Positions 54,514 through 64,000 of a stretch of 64,000 nucleotides of DNA are shown here, piece by piece. The position numbers and the translations under genes were made by a program. Source of the DNA: Candidatus Woesearchaeota archaeon (GTDB taxonomy: Archaea; Nanobdellota; Nanobdellia; Pacearchaeales; UBA284). The DNA lies in assembly GCA_964396475.1 (NCBI GenBank), contig CAYNFE010000001.1:1205-65204 (forward strand). Direction: 5' to 3'. The first letter of the stretch is position 1. Each line of letters opens with the position of its first letter. The notes below the pieces were generated by a model, which was given only the letters and a program-made list of their open reading frames with translations, had not been told where the DNA came from and did no database searches.

Positions 54514-55141
54514 TTTTTAACACAAAAACCAAATTTGTTCCTAATGGTAATTTTAAACTTCTTATGATTTTATTTATATAATTTTTATTTTCAACAAATC
54601 TTGGGAATTCTGTATGATTTTTTATTATATTGAAATTATATTTTAAAAATAATCTTCTCCAATAAGGATTATTGTGTTTATTTATATGTGTTTTATCTTT
54701 GTCTCCAATTAAATTCCTAATTGGTTTATTTGGAGTTTGTATAAAAATATATCCTCCTTTCTTAATACATCTTTTAGCCTCTTTGATTGCATACTCAGGA
54801 TTTCTTAGATGTTCTATTATATCCCACATAGTTATAATATCAAAAAAATTATTCTTAAGACTCCATTTTTTATCAGCAGAAGCCACATATAATTTGGCTT
54901 TTGTATTTTTTTTTGCTTTTTTAATAGCATATTTCGAAACATCAAACCCATAACACTTAAAGTTTTTATCAACATCTTCTATAAAGAAACCATATGCACA
55001 ACCAACATCTAATAATGTACCTTTTTTCTTGTATTTTAGAACAAGCTTTGCTCTTTCTTTCGTAAGAGCAGTTGCTTTGTTATATCCTCCTTTATATGCT
55101 GAAACTTTTCCAGAAAAATACTCTTTTTCAAACTCTTTCAT
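54500..55141 (-). CDS. Class I SAM-dependent methyltransferase
   Basis: LLDVGCAYG, DIIEHL, HIN. Confidence 0.88.
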   Translation of the reverse strand: MKEFEKEYFSGKVSAYKGGYNKATALTKERAKLVLKYKKKGTLLDVGCAYGFFIEDVDKNFKCYGFDVSKYAIKKAKKNTKAKLYVASADKKWSLKNNFFDIITMWDIIEHLRNPEYAIKEAKRCIKKGGYIFIQTPNKPIRNLIGDKDKTHINKHNNPYWRRLFLKYNFNIIKNHTEFPRFVENKNYINKIIRSLKLPLGTNLVFVLKNEKN

Positions 55142-55142
55142 C

Positions 55143-56246
55143 TTATTTTAAAAAATCAACAATTTTTTTACTTACCCCTAATTCTCCATAAGGATTTTTG
55201 AAACTTTTTATTTTAATCTTGTTGTTTTCAATTTGTTTTATTAACTCTATTGTATTATTAACATTAAGTTTAGTTAAAAAGTTTATTCCTGTTTTAAGTC
55301 CTTCCTGTCTTTCTGTCCTCTCTCTTAGCAATATGCATGGTTTTTTGAAAACAAGACTTTCTTCCTGTATAGAGCCGCCGTCTGTGATGAGATATTTACA
55401 ATTAGCTAACATATTGATAAATTCAAAATAATTTACAAGAGGCATAATTTTTAGATTCTTGTTCTTCTTGACTTTGTTGAAAAGATTATATTTTTTTAGA
55501 TAGTATTCAGTATTGTCATGAAGAGGCCATATTGCTTTAGTGTTTACTGCTGAAAGGATACTAACCATTTTTGTCAATCTTTCTCTAGATTGTAAATTCT
55601 CATGCCTATGGAAATTTATTAATGCAAAGTTTTTCTCTCTTATTTTATATTTCTTTTTTGCTATGTTATAAGATATAATAGCAGAATCTATAATTGTATT
55701 TCCTATCTTTATTATCTTACCTCTTTGTCTTTCTTTTTTTAAATTGTTTTTTGATCTTTCTGAGACAGCAAGTAAGATATCAGAAAATTTATCACATATT
55801 CTTCTAGAGATTTCTTCTGGAAATGGCTCTCTTAATTTTTCTGATCTTAATCCAGCTTCAAGATGAACATTTTTCCATTTCTTTCTTAAATTTAGGATTT
55901 TTGAAGAAGCTATAGCTGCCATAGCACTGCTCATAGTGTCTCCATGATATATTACATATTTTGGTTTTAATTTTTTGATCAATTTTCTTATCTTGAAAAT
56001 CATACTAAAAGACCAGAATAAAGAGGTTTTGTTAACTTTAGACCAGAATTTTGTGCTTATCTTAGGCTCTTTGCTTAGAATGAAATCAGGCTTCTTAACC
56101 TCAAATTCCTTGCATGCCTTTCCAAGAGGATGTTGTCCTGTGTGTATGAACCAATAATCTCTCTTTCTTTTTTGAAGCTCTAACATAATAGGAATGCACT
56201 TGATTAATTCAGCCTTTGTTCCGATGATTATTGCTATCATTTTCAA
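55143..56246 (-). CDS. wecB: UDP-N-acetylglucosamine 2-epimerase-like
   Basis: GTKAE, TGQH, HGDT, HLEAGLRS, PFPEE, TDGGSIQEE, TERQEG. Confidence 0.88.
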   Translation of the reverse strand: MKMIAIIIGTKAELIKCIPIMLELQKRKRDYWFIHTGQHPLGKACKEFEVKKPDFILSKEPKISTKFWSKVNKTSLFWSFSMIFKIRKLIKKLKPKYVIYHGDTMSSAMAAIASSKILNLRKKWKNVHLEAGLRSEKLREPFPEEISRRICDKFSDILLAVSERSKNNLKKERQRGKIIKIGNTIIDSAIISYNIAKKKYKIREKNFALINFHRHENLQSRERLTKMVSILSAVNTKAIWPLHDNTEYYLKKYNLFNKVKKNKNLKIMPLVNYFEFINMLANCKYLITDGGSIQEESLVFKKPCILLRERTERQEGLKTGINFLTKLNVNNTIELIKQIENNKIKIKSFKNPYGELGVSKKIVDFLK

Positions 56247-56299
56247 TTAAAAGAACCTGAGAATATTTATAAATGTTACTACTCTTGGTTAATAAATTA

Positions 56300-57307
56300 T
56301 TATAAGATAAAGACATAGATGAGGACGAGAATAGCTAAGATAATTTCTGCTAAAATGAGATTATTGGTTATATCTCTCTCATAGACTTTTCCTTTTGTTC
56401 TTTTTAAAAATTTAAGCATACAGTGTGTCAAGCTATAAGTTTTCTTGTATGGTGGTTCTAAGCTGTTATCCTTATTTGGCTTTCCGAAATTATCAGCTTT
56501 GAATTTTGATCTTACCTTGAGGAAGCCTTCTATTATAAATGGAATGAAAAGCAAGAAAGCAGCTCTTTCCATGTTTCCTAGAATTGCAAAAACAGCTATT
56601 AAGGCTCCTAAACTATAAGTGAGACTATTGCCTGGAAATATTTTTGCTGGATACTGATTAAAAATTAAAAATGCGAGCAGAGATATTACAATTATTCCTG
56701 CTATAAGAGCAAGCCATACTTGTCCACTTAAAAAAGCTATAATACCTAAGGTTGAAAAAATAACCATCCCTAGTCCTGTCTCTAATCCATTATATCCAGC
56801 AAGCAAGTTATAGCCATTAGTAGCTCCAACAATTCCAAAAAGAACTATTACTAAAGGATAGATTATACCAAATTCAACAGGACCAATAAAAGGGACAGAC
56901 ATTATTGAATGTCCTGCATTAATAACCATAAGCGGAATTGCTATTGGTATTGTCATCAAAATTTTGTGCCACCCTTTTAGTGATTTTCTCCATCCAAAAA
57001 TATCATCAATAAAACCAATAAAACAAGCCAGGAGAACCGTGACAATCAAGACAAAAATCTCAATTAAATGGGTTGTTGTCTCTAAGATAAATGTTTTGAA
57101 GAAAATATAAAGCAAAACTGTCAAAATAATTGCCATGACAAATGCTATCCCTCCTGTTTTTGGTATAAGAGGTTTTTTGTACTTATTCATATCTGGAACA
57201 AGCATCTGTTTATTTTTCTTAGATAGATTTATCCACCATTTTGTTAAGAACAAGGTAATTATAAATGCAAAAATTAAATGTAAAATGGCAATTAAAATTT
57301 CATTCAT
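56300..57307 (-). CDS. UDP-GlcNAc:polyprenol-phosphate GlcNAc-1-P transferase (MraY/AglH family)
   Basis: GFIDD, NGYNLLAGYNGLE, FNQYPAKIFPGN. Confidence 0.9.
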   Translation of the reverse strand: MNEILIAILHLIFAFIITLFLTKWWINLSKKNKQMLVPDMNKYKKPLIPKTGGIAFVMAIILTVLLYIFFKTFILETTTHLIEIFVLIVTVLLACFIGFIDDIFGWRKSLKGWHKILMTIPIAIPLMVINAGHSIMSVPFIGPVEFGIIYPLVIVLFGIVGATNGYNLLAGYNGLETGLGMVIFSTLGIIAFLSGQVWLALIAGIIVISLLAFLIFNQYPAKIFPGNSLTYSLGALIAVFAILGNMERAAFLLFIPFIIEGFLKVRSKFKADNFGKPNKDNSLEPPYKKTYSLTHCMLKFLKRTKGKVYERDITNNLILAEIILAILVLIYVFIL

Positions 57308-57324
57308 TTTATTTTTTATATTTT

Positions 57325-60126
57325 TTAAGTTCCAAAATGATCAAGAGCAGCTATTTTGTTCTGTTCCCAGTCAAGCCCTAATTCTTTATATTCTTCATAT
57401 GTTTTTATATCTTCAGGATAATTGATTTTCCATATTTTTATTGGTCCAAGAAGACCACCAGCAATAATAATATCACTTGTAGTTACATTATTCTGTTTTA
57501 GTTGCTCTACAAACAGAGCATCTTGACTATGAACAAGCTCAAAATTCTCATTCTCAGTTTCATCAAACAAATATAATCTAACCCACTGCGCATTTAGGGC
57601 TTTTTCACTTAGATAGAGGCCAGCCCCTATGCTGTTGATGCCTTGTTGTGTAACACTTGGTATGAGATATAGGGCGCCATTCATTAATTCTTCTTCTTTT
57701 TCTTCAAATTCCTTGAGCTCATTATTAATATATACATATCTTATCGGAACTCTATACTCTTTTTCATTATAATACACAACTGCTCTGACTTCATTGATCG
57801 CTCCAGTATTTTTATCTATACTAAGAATAAATCCAACAATCACTGCCTTGGTTCTTGGAAAAATTTCTCCTTTCCATTCAATATCTTTGTCAAAAAGAGT
57901 TCCTCCAACATAAACATAAGCTGTCTCATTTCTTGTTTCCTGTGATTGTTTTTCATCAAGGACAAAACTACTTACCCAGCTTAATCTATCATGACCTGTT
58001 TCATCTGAACCTATACTACTGTAAGCAGAGTACTTACCTATATCGGTAGAATCGATTAAAAGATAATCTACATCATAGCTCTTACATAATTGAAGAGCTG
58101 TTTTTTCTTCCTGAGCTGTTAGAAGATATCGGCCTATCAAATGATCCCAGTAATTAGTATAGTGACCACCATCAGTTACAGTAGCTCTCTGGCCTATTGA
58201 TTGAACCCAATAACCATAGTCCCACCAGTGTATGAATAAAGCATCCTCAGCTGTATTTTCCCTAGTCCATGCCATGGCATTTTGCCACTGCTGATAATAA
58301 GGCCCTGGTATTGTTCCTTTTGCACTGGCAGAAGTGGCTCTTTCATAATTTATAAAAGTGATGACAATCATACAAGCAACAACAATCACAATAGCCCACA
58401 AGACAATTTTCTTTAATAGATCCTTACTTTTCATACCATACTCAAAAAACTTGACTGGCAAGAAGGCTGCAGCAATAATAAATGCTGTTCCAGAAATAAA
58501 GAAAAGCCTGATAGCTCCTCTTGATGCAAGTATCATCCAAAAGATGAAAGTTAGTATAAAAATATAAGAAGATGAAATTTCTTTAAAATTCTCTAGGATA
58601 GATTCATCTTTTTTTATATGAGCCTTGATATAAAAAAAGAATATCATAAAAATAAATAAAATAAGACCCCCGAAATAAAAAATTTGACTTATAAGATTCT
58701 CACCATTGAGCATGCTTTGAGGAGAATATCTTGAAAAAATAAATGTAGCAATGAAAAGTATAAAGAAAAAATTAATCCATATCTTATTCTTCCTGCTGAA
58801 ATGTTTTATTGCTTCATAAAACATAAAGATAGTTCCTATAAAGAAAAGCCAGAAAAAGAAAGGGGTGAATTCATTAAACCAGTCAAGGAAATAAGGCTGT
58901 CTGTTTTCTGCAACTGTTAAACCCACTCTGCCCCTACCAAAAGGATATAAGAGAGATTCTTTGATTGAAAATGCTTTAGATGAAATAAAATCAAAACCAA
59001 AAAAAGCTGAAGCAAGAATTATTCCAATAATCAATACAATTAAAGCGCTTACTATACTATGTGGTAATTTTATTCTCTCTAATTTTAATTTTTCTTTTAT
59101 TTTTGTATTATATAGAATATGATCACCAATCAATAAAACAAAGATACCAAAAGCAAATAAAGTGTCAATTCCTGTAAAAAAATTCTTAATTCCCCCAAAA
59201 CCAAATACTAATAGAATTGTTAATAGTGATAGAATCAACCATAGAGAATAAACCCATTTTTGTCTTTTGTTTATTTTGTCAAAAAAGAACATGAGAAATG
59301 CAAAAAGACTAAGAGTCATGAATATGAATCTTACACCTCCCCAGACCCAAGTCATTAATCCTGTAGAGATTCCAGCTAGTGTTGCGAATATGAGACTTTT
59401 CTTTCTATTAGATTGCCATGCGCTAAGAAAACAATAAAATGAAAACCAGAAGAAAAACATTCCAGGAGCCTCTTTTTCTGGAATACCTGCTACTGTTCTA
59501 TGCAAATAGCTAGGAAATACAGCTAACAAAGCTGTAGCTATTAGAGCAATTACTATGGAATAAATCAATCTTTCCTTATTCTCTTTATCTTTGAAAATAT
59601 AAGAAAAAAGTTTTTGAATGAATAAGAAAAAGAATAATAAGCCAAGAGCAAAACAAAAAACAGGATATATTATAGCAGCATATTCTATGGTAGCTTCTGC
59701 AGAAAAAAAAGCAATAAATTTATACAGATAGAAGATAGTATAAGGAATAAATTTTACTCCTTGTGTTGGTGTTCCTCCAACAGGAGTATAACGCATCACA
59801 TCCATTTCAGGCAGACTTCCTTGTTGCTCAATTGTCTGTGCATATCTTAAAAAAAGATAAGGATCTAAATCTGGTCCTAAAGTATATTCTCCTGTTGTTA
59901 TATCTTTAAGCTGAGAAATATTTTGGGTTCTGATCCATACACCTAAATAGATTATAAGAGCTAAAATTACTATAGAAATAAGAATTATCCAGAATTTCTT
60001 GTTTGGTTTGAATTTTATTCCTGTAAATTTCTTTTCAGGTTTTATTTCTTTAGTCTCTATTTCTGGTTCTTCTATTGGTTGTTCTTGTATTTCCTGGATT
60101 TCCTTAGCCTCTTCTTCCATTTTCAT
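57325..60126 (-). CDS. aglB: Oligosaccharyltransferase AglB (STT3)
   Basis: DLDPY, EKE, TVAE, WWDYG, DIGK. Confidence 0.96.
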   Translation of the reverse strand: MKMEEEAKEIQEIQEQPIEEPEIETKEIKPEKKFTGIKFKPNKKFWIILISIVILALIIYLGVWIRTQNISQLKDITTGEYTLGPDLDPYLFLRYAQTIEQQGSLPEMDVMRYTPVGGTPTQGVKFIPYTIFYLYKFIAFFSAEATIEYAAIIYPVFCFALGLLFFFLFIQKLFSYIFKDKENKERLIYSIVIALIATALLAVFPSYLHRTVAGIPEKEAPGMFFFWFSFYCFLSAWQSNRKKSLIFATLAGISTGLMTWVWGGVRFIFMTLSLFAFLMFFFDKINKRQKWVYSLWLILSLLTILLVFGFGGIKNFFTGIDTLFAFGIFVLLIGDHILYNTKIKEKLKLERIKLPHSIVSALIVLIIGIILASAFFGFDFISSKAFSIKESLLYPFGRGRVGLTVAENRQPYFLDWFNEFTPFFFWLFFIGTIFMFYEAIKHFSRKNKIWINFFFILFIATFIFSRYSPQSMLNGENLISQIFYFGGLILFIFMIFFFYIKAHIKKDESILENFKEISSSYIFILTFIFWMILASRGAIRLFFISGTAFIIAAAFLPVKFFEYGMKSKDLLKKIVLWAIVIVVACMIVITFINYERATSASAKGTIPGPYYQQWQNAMAWTRENTAEDALFIHWWDYGYWVQSIGQRATVTDGGHYTNYWDHLIGRYLLTAQEEKTALQLCKSYDVDYLLIDSTDIGKYSAYSSIGSDETGHDRLSWVSSFVLDEKQSQETRNETAYVYVGGTLFDKDIEWKGEIFPRTKAVIVGFILSIDKNTGAINEVRAVVYYNEKEYRVPIRYVYINNELKEFEEKEEELMNGALYLIPSVTQQGINSIGAGLYLSEKALNAQWVRLYLFDETENENFELVHSQDALFVEQLKQNNVTTSDIIIAGGLLGPIKIWKINYPEDIKTYEEYKELGLDWEQNKIAALDHFGT

Positions 60127-60156
60127 ATAAGAAAAATATGACTTTTATATTTTTTG

Positions 60157-61404
60157 TTAACGTTTTAGTGTTATTAAAAGAGCTATAAAAAGTACAATAT
60201 TTACTCCTAAAATTACCTTAATAAACTGCTCTAAATTTGAGTGGAACAACAACAAGAAAGCCAATTGCAAGAAAAGGGCACTTCCAAGAATTTTTGCTGT
60301 CAATTTTTTATGCCAGTCAATAGAAAGATTATAGAAAACTATCAATGCAGAGAAAGAAAGAAAAGCCATTGCCAATGTTATATATTTTAATACAGGTGCA
60401 GCTGCTATGTATTTATTTCCCACAACAATATTTATGACTAATTCAGGGAAAATAAAAGCAATGAATAGAAAAATACCAATTAGTACAGCTAAAAATATCA
60501 TAGCCTTATATAATACTTTTTTACTCTTCTGTCTGCTCTTTTTTGTTTTCTTCTTCTTTCCATATTTTTCTACAATTTCAGAAAACATCACCCTCGTTAT
60601 TGCTGTTGACGCGAAAATAAGAACTTTTCCAATCACAGACACTGCGCTATATAAGCCTGCATAAAGAGGAGTGAAAAAATATCTTGCTATAATTATATCC
60701 ACAGAATACAAAGCAACAAAAAATATGAAAATTATAAGAGCCGACATAGAATAACGAAGAACATGTTTTTCTAATTTGAATGGCTCTTTCTTTGCTTTTA
60801 CAATATCTTTAAGCGGAATAAAACCAACAAAAAAAACAGCTGCCATTGAAAGAGGAATAGCAATAAGAGCACCACCAATTCCAAAACCTAATGCGACAAG
60901 AACAATCGCTATGGTTAATTTAATAATCATTTCAACAGAATGATTTATCCCAAGATTCCCAAAACGATTAGTTCCTTGTAAAATACCCCAGACTACAGGA
61001 AGTATAAATGCCACAAGCATAGTCAATCCGATAATAATTAAAGGCCAAGCACTAGTATGCCAAATTTTCATCCATAAAGGTAAGAACAATAAAAAGATTA
61101 TAAAAATAATGATAGAAATTAAGAATAGATATTTTATAGTTCTAAACATCAAACTCTTAATCTTACCTTTCTGTTTTTTTATCCAAAGATGCATAGTATA
61201 TTTTGACATCACTGTTCTTATGGTTTCATGAGGTATTGTGAATAAATATGTTAAAGCAATAAGAGAATATAATAGACCATAGTCCTCAACACTTAACATT
61301 CTAGCCATAATAAAATAAAAAAGATAGCTGCCAACAGCAGCCAGAATGAGACCAGCCCATAAAAGAAAAGTGCGTTTTGTTAAATTTGTATTATATAATT
61401 TCAT
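60157..61404 (-). CDS. Oligosaccharide flippase family protein
   Basis: About 12 TM; YGLLYSL, AGLYSA. Confidence 0.8.
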   Translation of the reverse strand: MKLYNTNLTKRTFLLWAGLILAAVGSYLFYFIMARMLSVEDYGLLYSLIALTYLFTIPHETIRTVMSKYTMHLWIKKQKGKIKSLMFRTIKYLFLISIIIFIIFLLFLPLWMKIWHTSAWPLIIIGLTMLVAFILPVVWGILQGTNRFGNLGINHSVEMIIKLTIAIVLVALGFGIGGALIAIPLSMAAVFFVGFIPLKDIVKAKKEPFKLEKHVLRYSMSALIIFIFFVALYSVDIIIARYFFTPLYAGLYSAVSVIGKVLIFASTAITRVMFSEIVEKYGKKKKTKKSRQKSKKVLYKAMIFLAVLIGIFLFIAFIFPELVINIVVGNKYIAAAPVLKYITLAMAFLSFSALIVFYNLSIDWHKKLTAKILGSALFLQLAFLLLFHSNLEQFIKVILGVNIVLFIALLITLKR

Positions 61405-61421
61405 TTTTTATATTATATTAT

Positions 61422-62300
61422 TTAGAAAAAAATAGGGGTTATAAAAACTTCTATAAAAGCTGATATGATTAAAACGAGAAGCGCTATGATTATAAGATCA
61501 AGGGAATCTTGTAAAACATGCCAGAACTTCTCATGACCAAATTCATGTTTTATAATGGCTGTTCCTATGATTCCACCAGCTAAAGCCACTATGAAATAAG
61601 ATCCTATCTCTGGCAAACCATGAATAAGATAACGTAAAAGTCCAAGAGGTAACTTAACTAGGCTGCCTTTGGCAAATATTCCTATGGCTGCTGCAATTAC
61701 ACTGCCATTCCATACAAGAATAAAGATTGCTCCAGCCCCAAACAAGAAAGAGAATAAGAGAGCAAAAAGCAGGACATAAAAATTATTAGATAGTATCATA
61801 GAAACCCTGGACATTCCCTCTTTAATAGCAGGAACTTTAACATTTGATTCTGTGGCACTTCCTGTTAGATGTTCCTCAACACATTGTTCAAAATTATATC
61901 TGGCATTGACAATACAATAAGTCTCTACCTGGGCTTTAAAATTAGCTTCTGTAGTATCTCCTGGCATAACCATAAATAAAACTGAAAAAGCAATGATATA
62001 ACCTAAAAACAGGAAAATTAATGCATTGATGGCTTTTCCATGCTCTTTGATTAATTTTTTTTCACTTTTAATTTTAGTATCTTTCTCTTCTTCCTGCTTT
62101 ATGATATAATAGAAAAACGGTATTGAGAAGAGAACAGTAAAGCATACGATTAAAATACTAATATGCTTTTCAAATACAGGATTCCTCAAAAAAAGGAAAT
62201 CTGCCACAAGAACTGATAAAGCAGCGTATAATGCCCCTATAGCTATCATCTCCCAAGGTCGACGCTGAGCTCTCCTAGGGTTTATTAAATCTTCGAGCAT
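61422..62300 (-). CDS. SpoIIM-like (DUF95) membrane protein
   Basis: ILSNN, WNGSV, HGLPEI, AFIEVFITP. Confidence 0.82.
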   Translation of the reverse strand: MLEDLINPRRAQRRPWEMIAIGALYAALSVLVADFLFLRNPVFEKHISILIVCFTVLFSIPFFYYIIKQEEEKDTKIKSEKKLIKEHGKAINALIFLFLGYIIAFSVLFMVMPGDTTEANFKAQVETYCIVNARYNFEQCVEEHLTGSATESNVKVPAIKEGMSRVSMILSNNFYVLLFALLFSFLFGAGAIFILVWNGSVIAAAIGIFAKGSLVKLPLGLLRYLIHGLPEIGSYFIVALAGGIIGTAIIKHEFGHEKFWHVLQDSLDLIIIALLVLIISAFIEVFITPIFF

Positions 62301-62404
62301 TTTTTCTTTATTATTTTCCCCTTTTTATATTCTTAATTAGTTTATTTATTTTAAAAAGGTTTCCAAATAAAAAGGTTTTTTAATCCATTTCTCTTATTTT
62401 TTTA

Positions 62405-63241
62405 ATGGATAGTTTTGATAAGATATGCAAGGATATAAAAGAGGTAAAGATTCAGGGAGCAAGAAATGTTGCAATAGCAGCAGCAAAGTCCTTGCTGATA
62501 AAATCTGATAAAAAAGCAGTTAAAAGACTTATAGGTTTGAGACCAACTGAACCTACCTTAAGAAATACAATCAAATTTGTTCTCTCTCAGCCAGACTTAA
62601 GAAAAGGGGTAAAAAAGGCTGTTGATCATTTCCAGCAGAGTCAGAAAAAAATATCAAAATATGGAAGCAGATTTATCAAGAATGGAATGATAGTATTCAC
62701 ACACTGCCATTCTTCCTCTGTCATTAATATTCTTTTAGAAGCTAAGAGACAGGGCAAGAAGTTTGAGGTTTATTGCACTGAAACTCGTCCTTTATATCAG
62801 GGCCGTATTACTGCTACACAACTTGCTAAAGCAAAAATTCCAGTAACTCTATTTGTAGATTCTGCTGCAAGGATAGCTCTCAAAAAAGCTGATATAGCTT
62901 TTTATGGCTGTGATGCTATTACCCCTACAAAAATTTATAATAAGATAGGAAGCGAGCTTTTTGCATTAATTATGAAAAAATATGATGTTCCTCTCTATAT
63001 AGCTACAGATTCCTGGAAATTTGATCCAGAAACAATCTATGGAATAGAAGAAGAAATTGAAAAGAGACATATAAAAGAGGTCTGGCCTAAACCCCCTAAA
63101 GGTGTTAAAATTTCTAATATGGCTTTTGAAAAAATAGACCCGAATCTTGCTACAGCAATAATATCAGAAATAGGGGTATTTATGAAAAAATCTTTTATTG
63201 CAGAAGTGAGAAGATATTATCCTTTCATATTTAAAGTCTGA
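62405..63241 (+). CDS. Ribose-1,5-bisphosphate isomerase (eIF2B-like family)
   Basis: IQGARNVA, RPTEP, THCHSS, TETRP, NKIGS. Confidence 0.85.
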   Translation: MDSFDKICKDIKEVKIQGARNVAIAAAKSLLIKSDKKAVKRLIGLRPTEPTLRNTIKFVLSQPDLRKGVKKAVDHFQQSQKKISKYGSRFIKNGMIVFTHCHSSSVINILLEAKRQGKKFEVYCTETRPLYQGRITATQLAKAKIPVTLFVDSAARIALKKADIAFYGCDAITPTKIYNKIGSELFALIMKKYDVPLYIATDSWKFDPETIYGIEEEIEKRHIKEVWPKPPKGVKISNMAFEKIDPNLATAIISEIGVFMKKSFIAEVRRYYPFIFKV

Positions 63242-63639
63242 TTTTTCCTTATTTCCTCATTTAGTACATTAATATTTTGAACTAAAAGATTTATTTCTGC
63301 TACGAGTCTTTCATGAATATCAACACTCTGATCTAATTTTTTTTGAATTATTTCTTTTGTTTCATCTATATTTTTCTTGCATAGCACCTTTGCTCCAACA
63401 TCAACCATTAATTTAGAACCATCTATCAGTTTAGTCTTAGCAAAGATTCCAGGAATTATTGGAGAGAGCATTTCTGTATCCTTCTTGATTTTTTTCAATT
63501 CTTCCAGAGAAACCTGACAAGTTTGTAATTCAACAATTTGTTTTTCTATCAATCCAAGATTCTGATCTAATTCTTGTATCTTAGAATCGAGCATATTTAA
63601 CTCAAGAATCTTTTTCTCAAGTTCATGATTTCTTTCCAT
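63217..63639 (-). CDS. pfdA: Prefoldin alpha subunit
   Basis: Coiled-coil - SPIIPGIFAK...VDVGAKVLCKK hairpin - coiled-coil. Confidence 0.88.
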   Translation of the reverse strand: MERNHELEKKILELNMLDSKIQELDQNLGLIEKQIVELQTCQVSLEELKKIKKDTEMLSPIIPGIFAKTKLIDGSKLMVDVGAKVLCKKNIDETKEIIQKKLDQSVDIHERLVAEINLLVQNINVLNEEIRKNQTLNMKG

Positions 63640-63641
63640 AA

Positions 63642-64000
63642 TCAAATTTTGAATAATTTACGTAAGATTAGACTAAATACAAAACTGAAAAAGATATAAC
63701 AAAGAAGCCAACCAGCACCATCCCCAACTATCCAAATACTTTTACCCCATGAAATAATATTTCCTATTTTTGCTGCATCCATGTATAATACTCTTAGACC
63801 ATAAAAAATAAGGATTAAAGGGATAAAGGTTATTAGCATTGGTTTGAATGTCATCTTCATACTTTTCATGCTTGCTTCCATCATTTCTTTTTGAATCTCT
63901 GACATCTTTTCCGGATTGTCTTTATTCTCCTTCATTTTTTCTCTCAATTCTTTCTGTTTTGCCTTCAATTCATCCATCTTTACTTTTGGAATCAATTTTT
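63642..64000 (-). CDS. DUF106/EMC3-TMCO1 (Oxa1 superfamily) membrane protein, C-terminal part (start beyond window)
   Basis: Coiled coil with MMEASMKSMKMTFKPMLITFIP; terminal WLLCYIFFSFVFSLILRK. Confidence 0.85.
   Translation of the reverse strand, partial: KLIPKVKMDELKAKQKELREKMKENKDNPEKMSEIQKEMMEASMKSMKMTFKPMLITFIPLILIFYGLRVLYMDAAKIGNIISWGKSIWIVGDGAGWLLCYIFFSFVFSLILRKLFKI

Overview
AT-rich, gene-dense archaeal chromosomal window, most consistent with a DPANN (Pacearchaeota/Woesearchaeota-like) organism; the taxonomy is inferred from gene content, not from a search. Left: replication cluster (cdc6, PolD DP1, a HAD phosphatase, PolD DP2 running off the left edge) next to an ORB-containing AT-rich candidate oriC. 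About 6-36 kb: core genes (Lhr/MPE, RNase HI, Csp, DinG-like helicase, CstA, XerA, DRG GTPase, MPG) mixed with accessory genes. The accessory genes include a MurL-like PP-loop enzyme, three wHTH proteins, a serine recombinase fused to a nuclease-like domain, a CARF-wHTH + m4C MTase/MjaI-like REase island with a divergent SNase-2TM-Trypco2 operon, and a Cas4-like/ATPase/HEPN trio. 37-42.5 kb: an HPF-like gene leading a ribosomal protein/RNA polymerase superoperon containing a tRNA-Leu with an AAG anticodon. 43 kb: solitary short 5S rRNA, an unexplained ~93-nt structured RNA (two cUUCGg hairpins, BHB-like closing stem), and tRNA-Leu(CAA)/Arg(CCT). 45-64 kb: secF/secD, an N-glycosylation locus (aglB, AglH-like, UDP-GlcNAc 2-epimerase, GTs, methyltransferases, flippases), R15P isomerase, prefoldin alpha and a partial DUF106 gene. 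No CRISPR array was seen. Best leads: the novel ncRNA, the A34 tRNA-Leu, the recombinase-nuclease fusion with its palindromic site, the CARF-linked defence island, and a dif-like site overlapping the xerA start. All family assignments are from motif recognition by eye.
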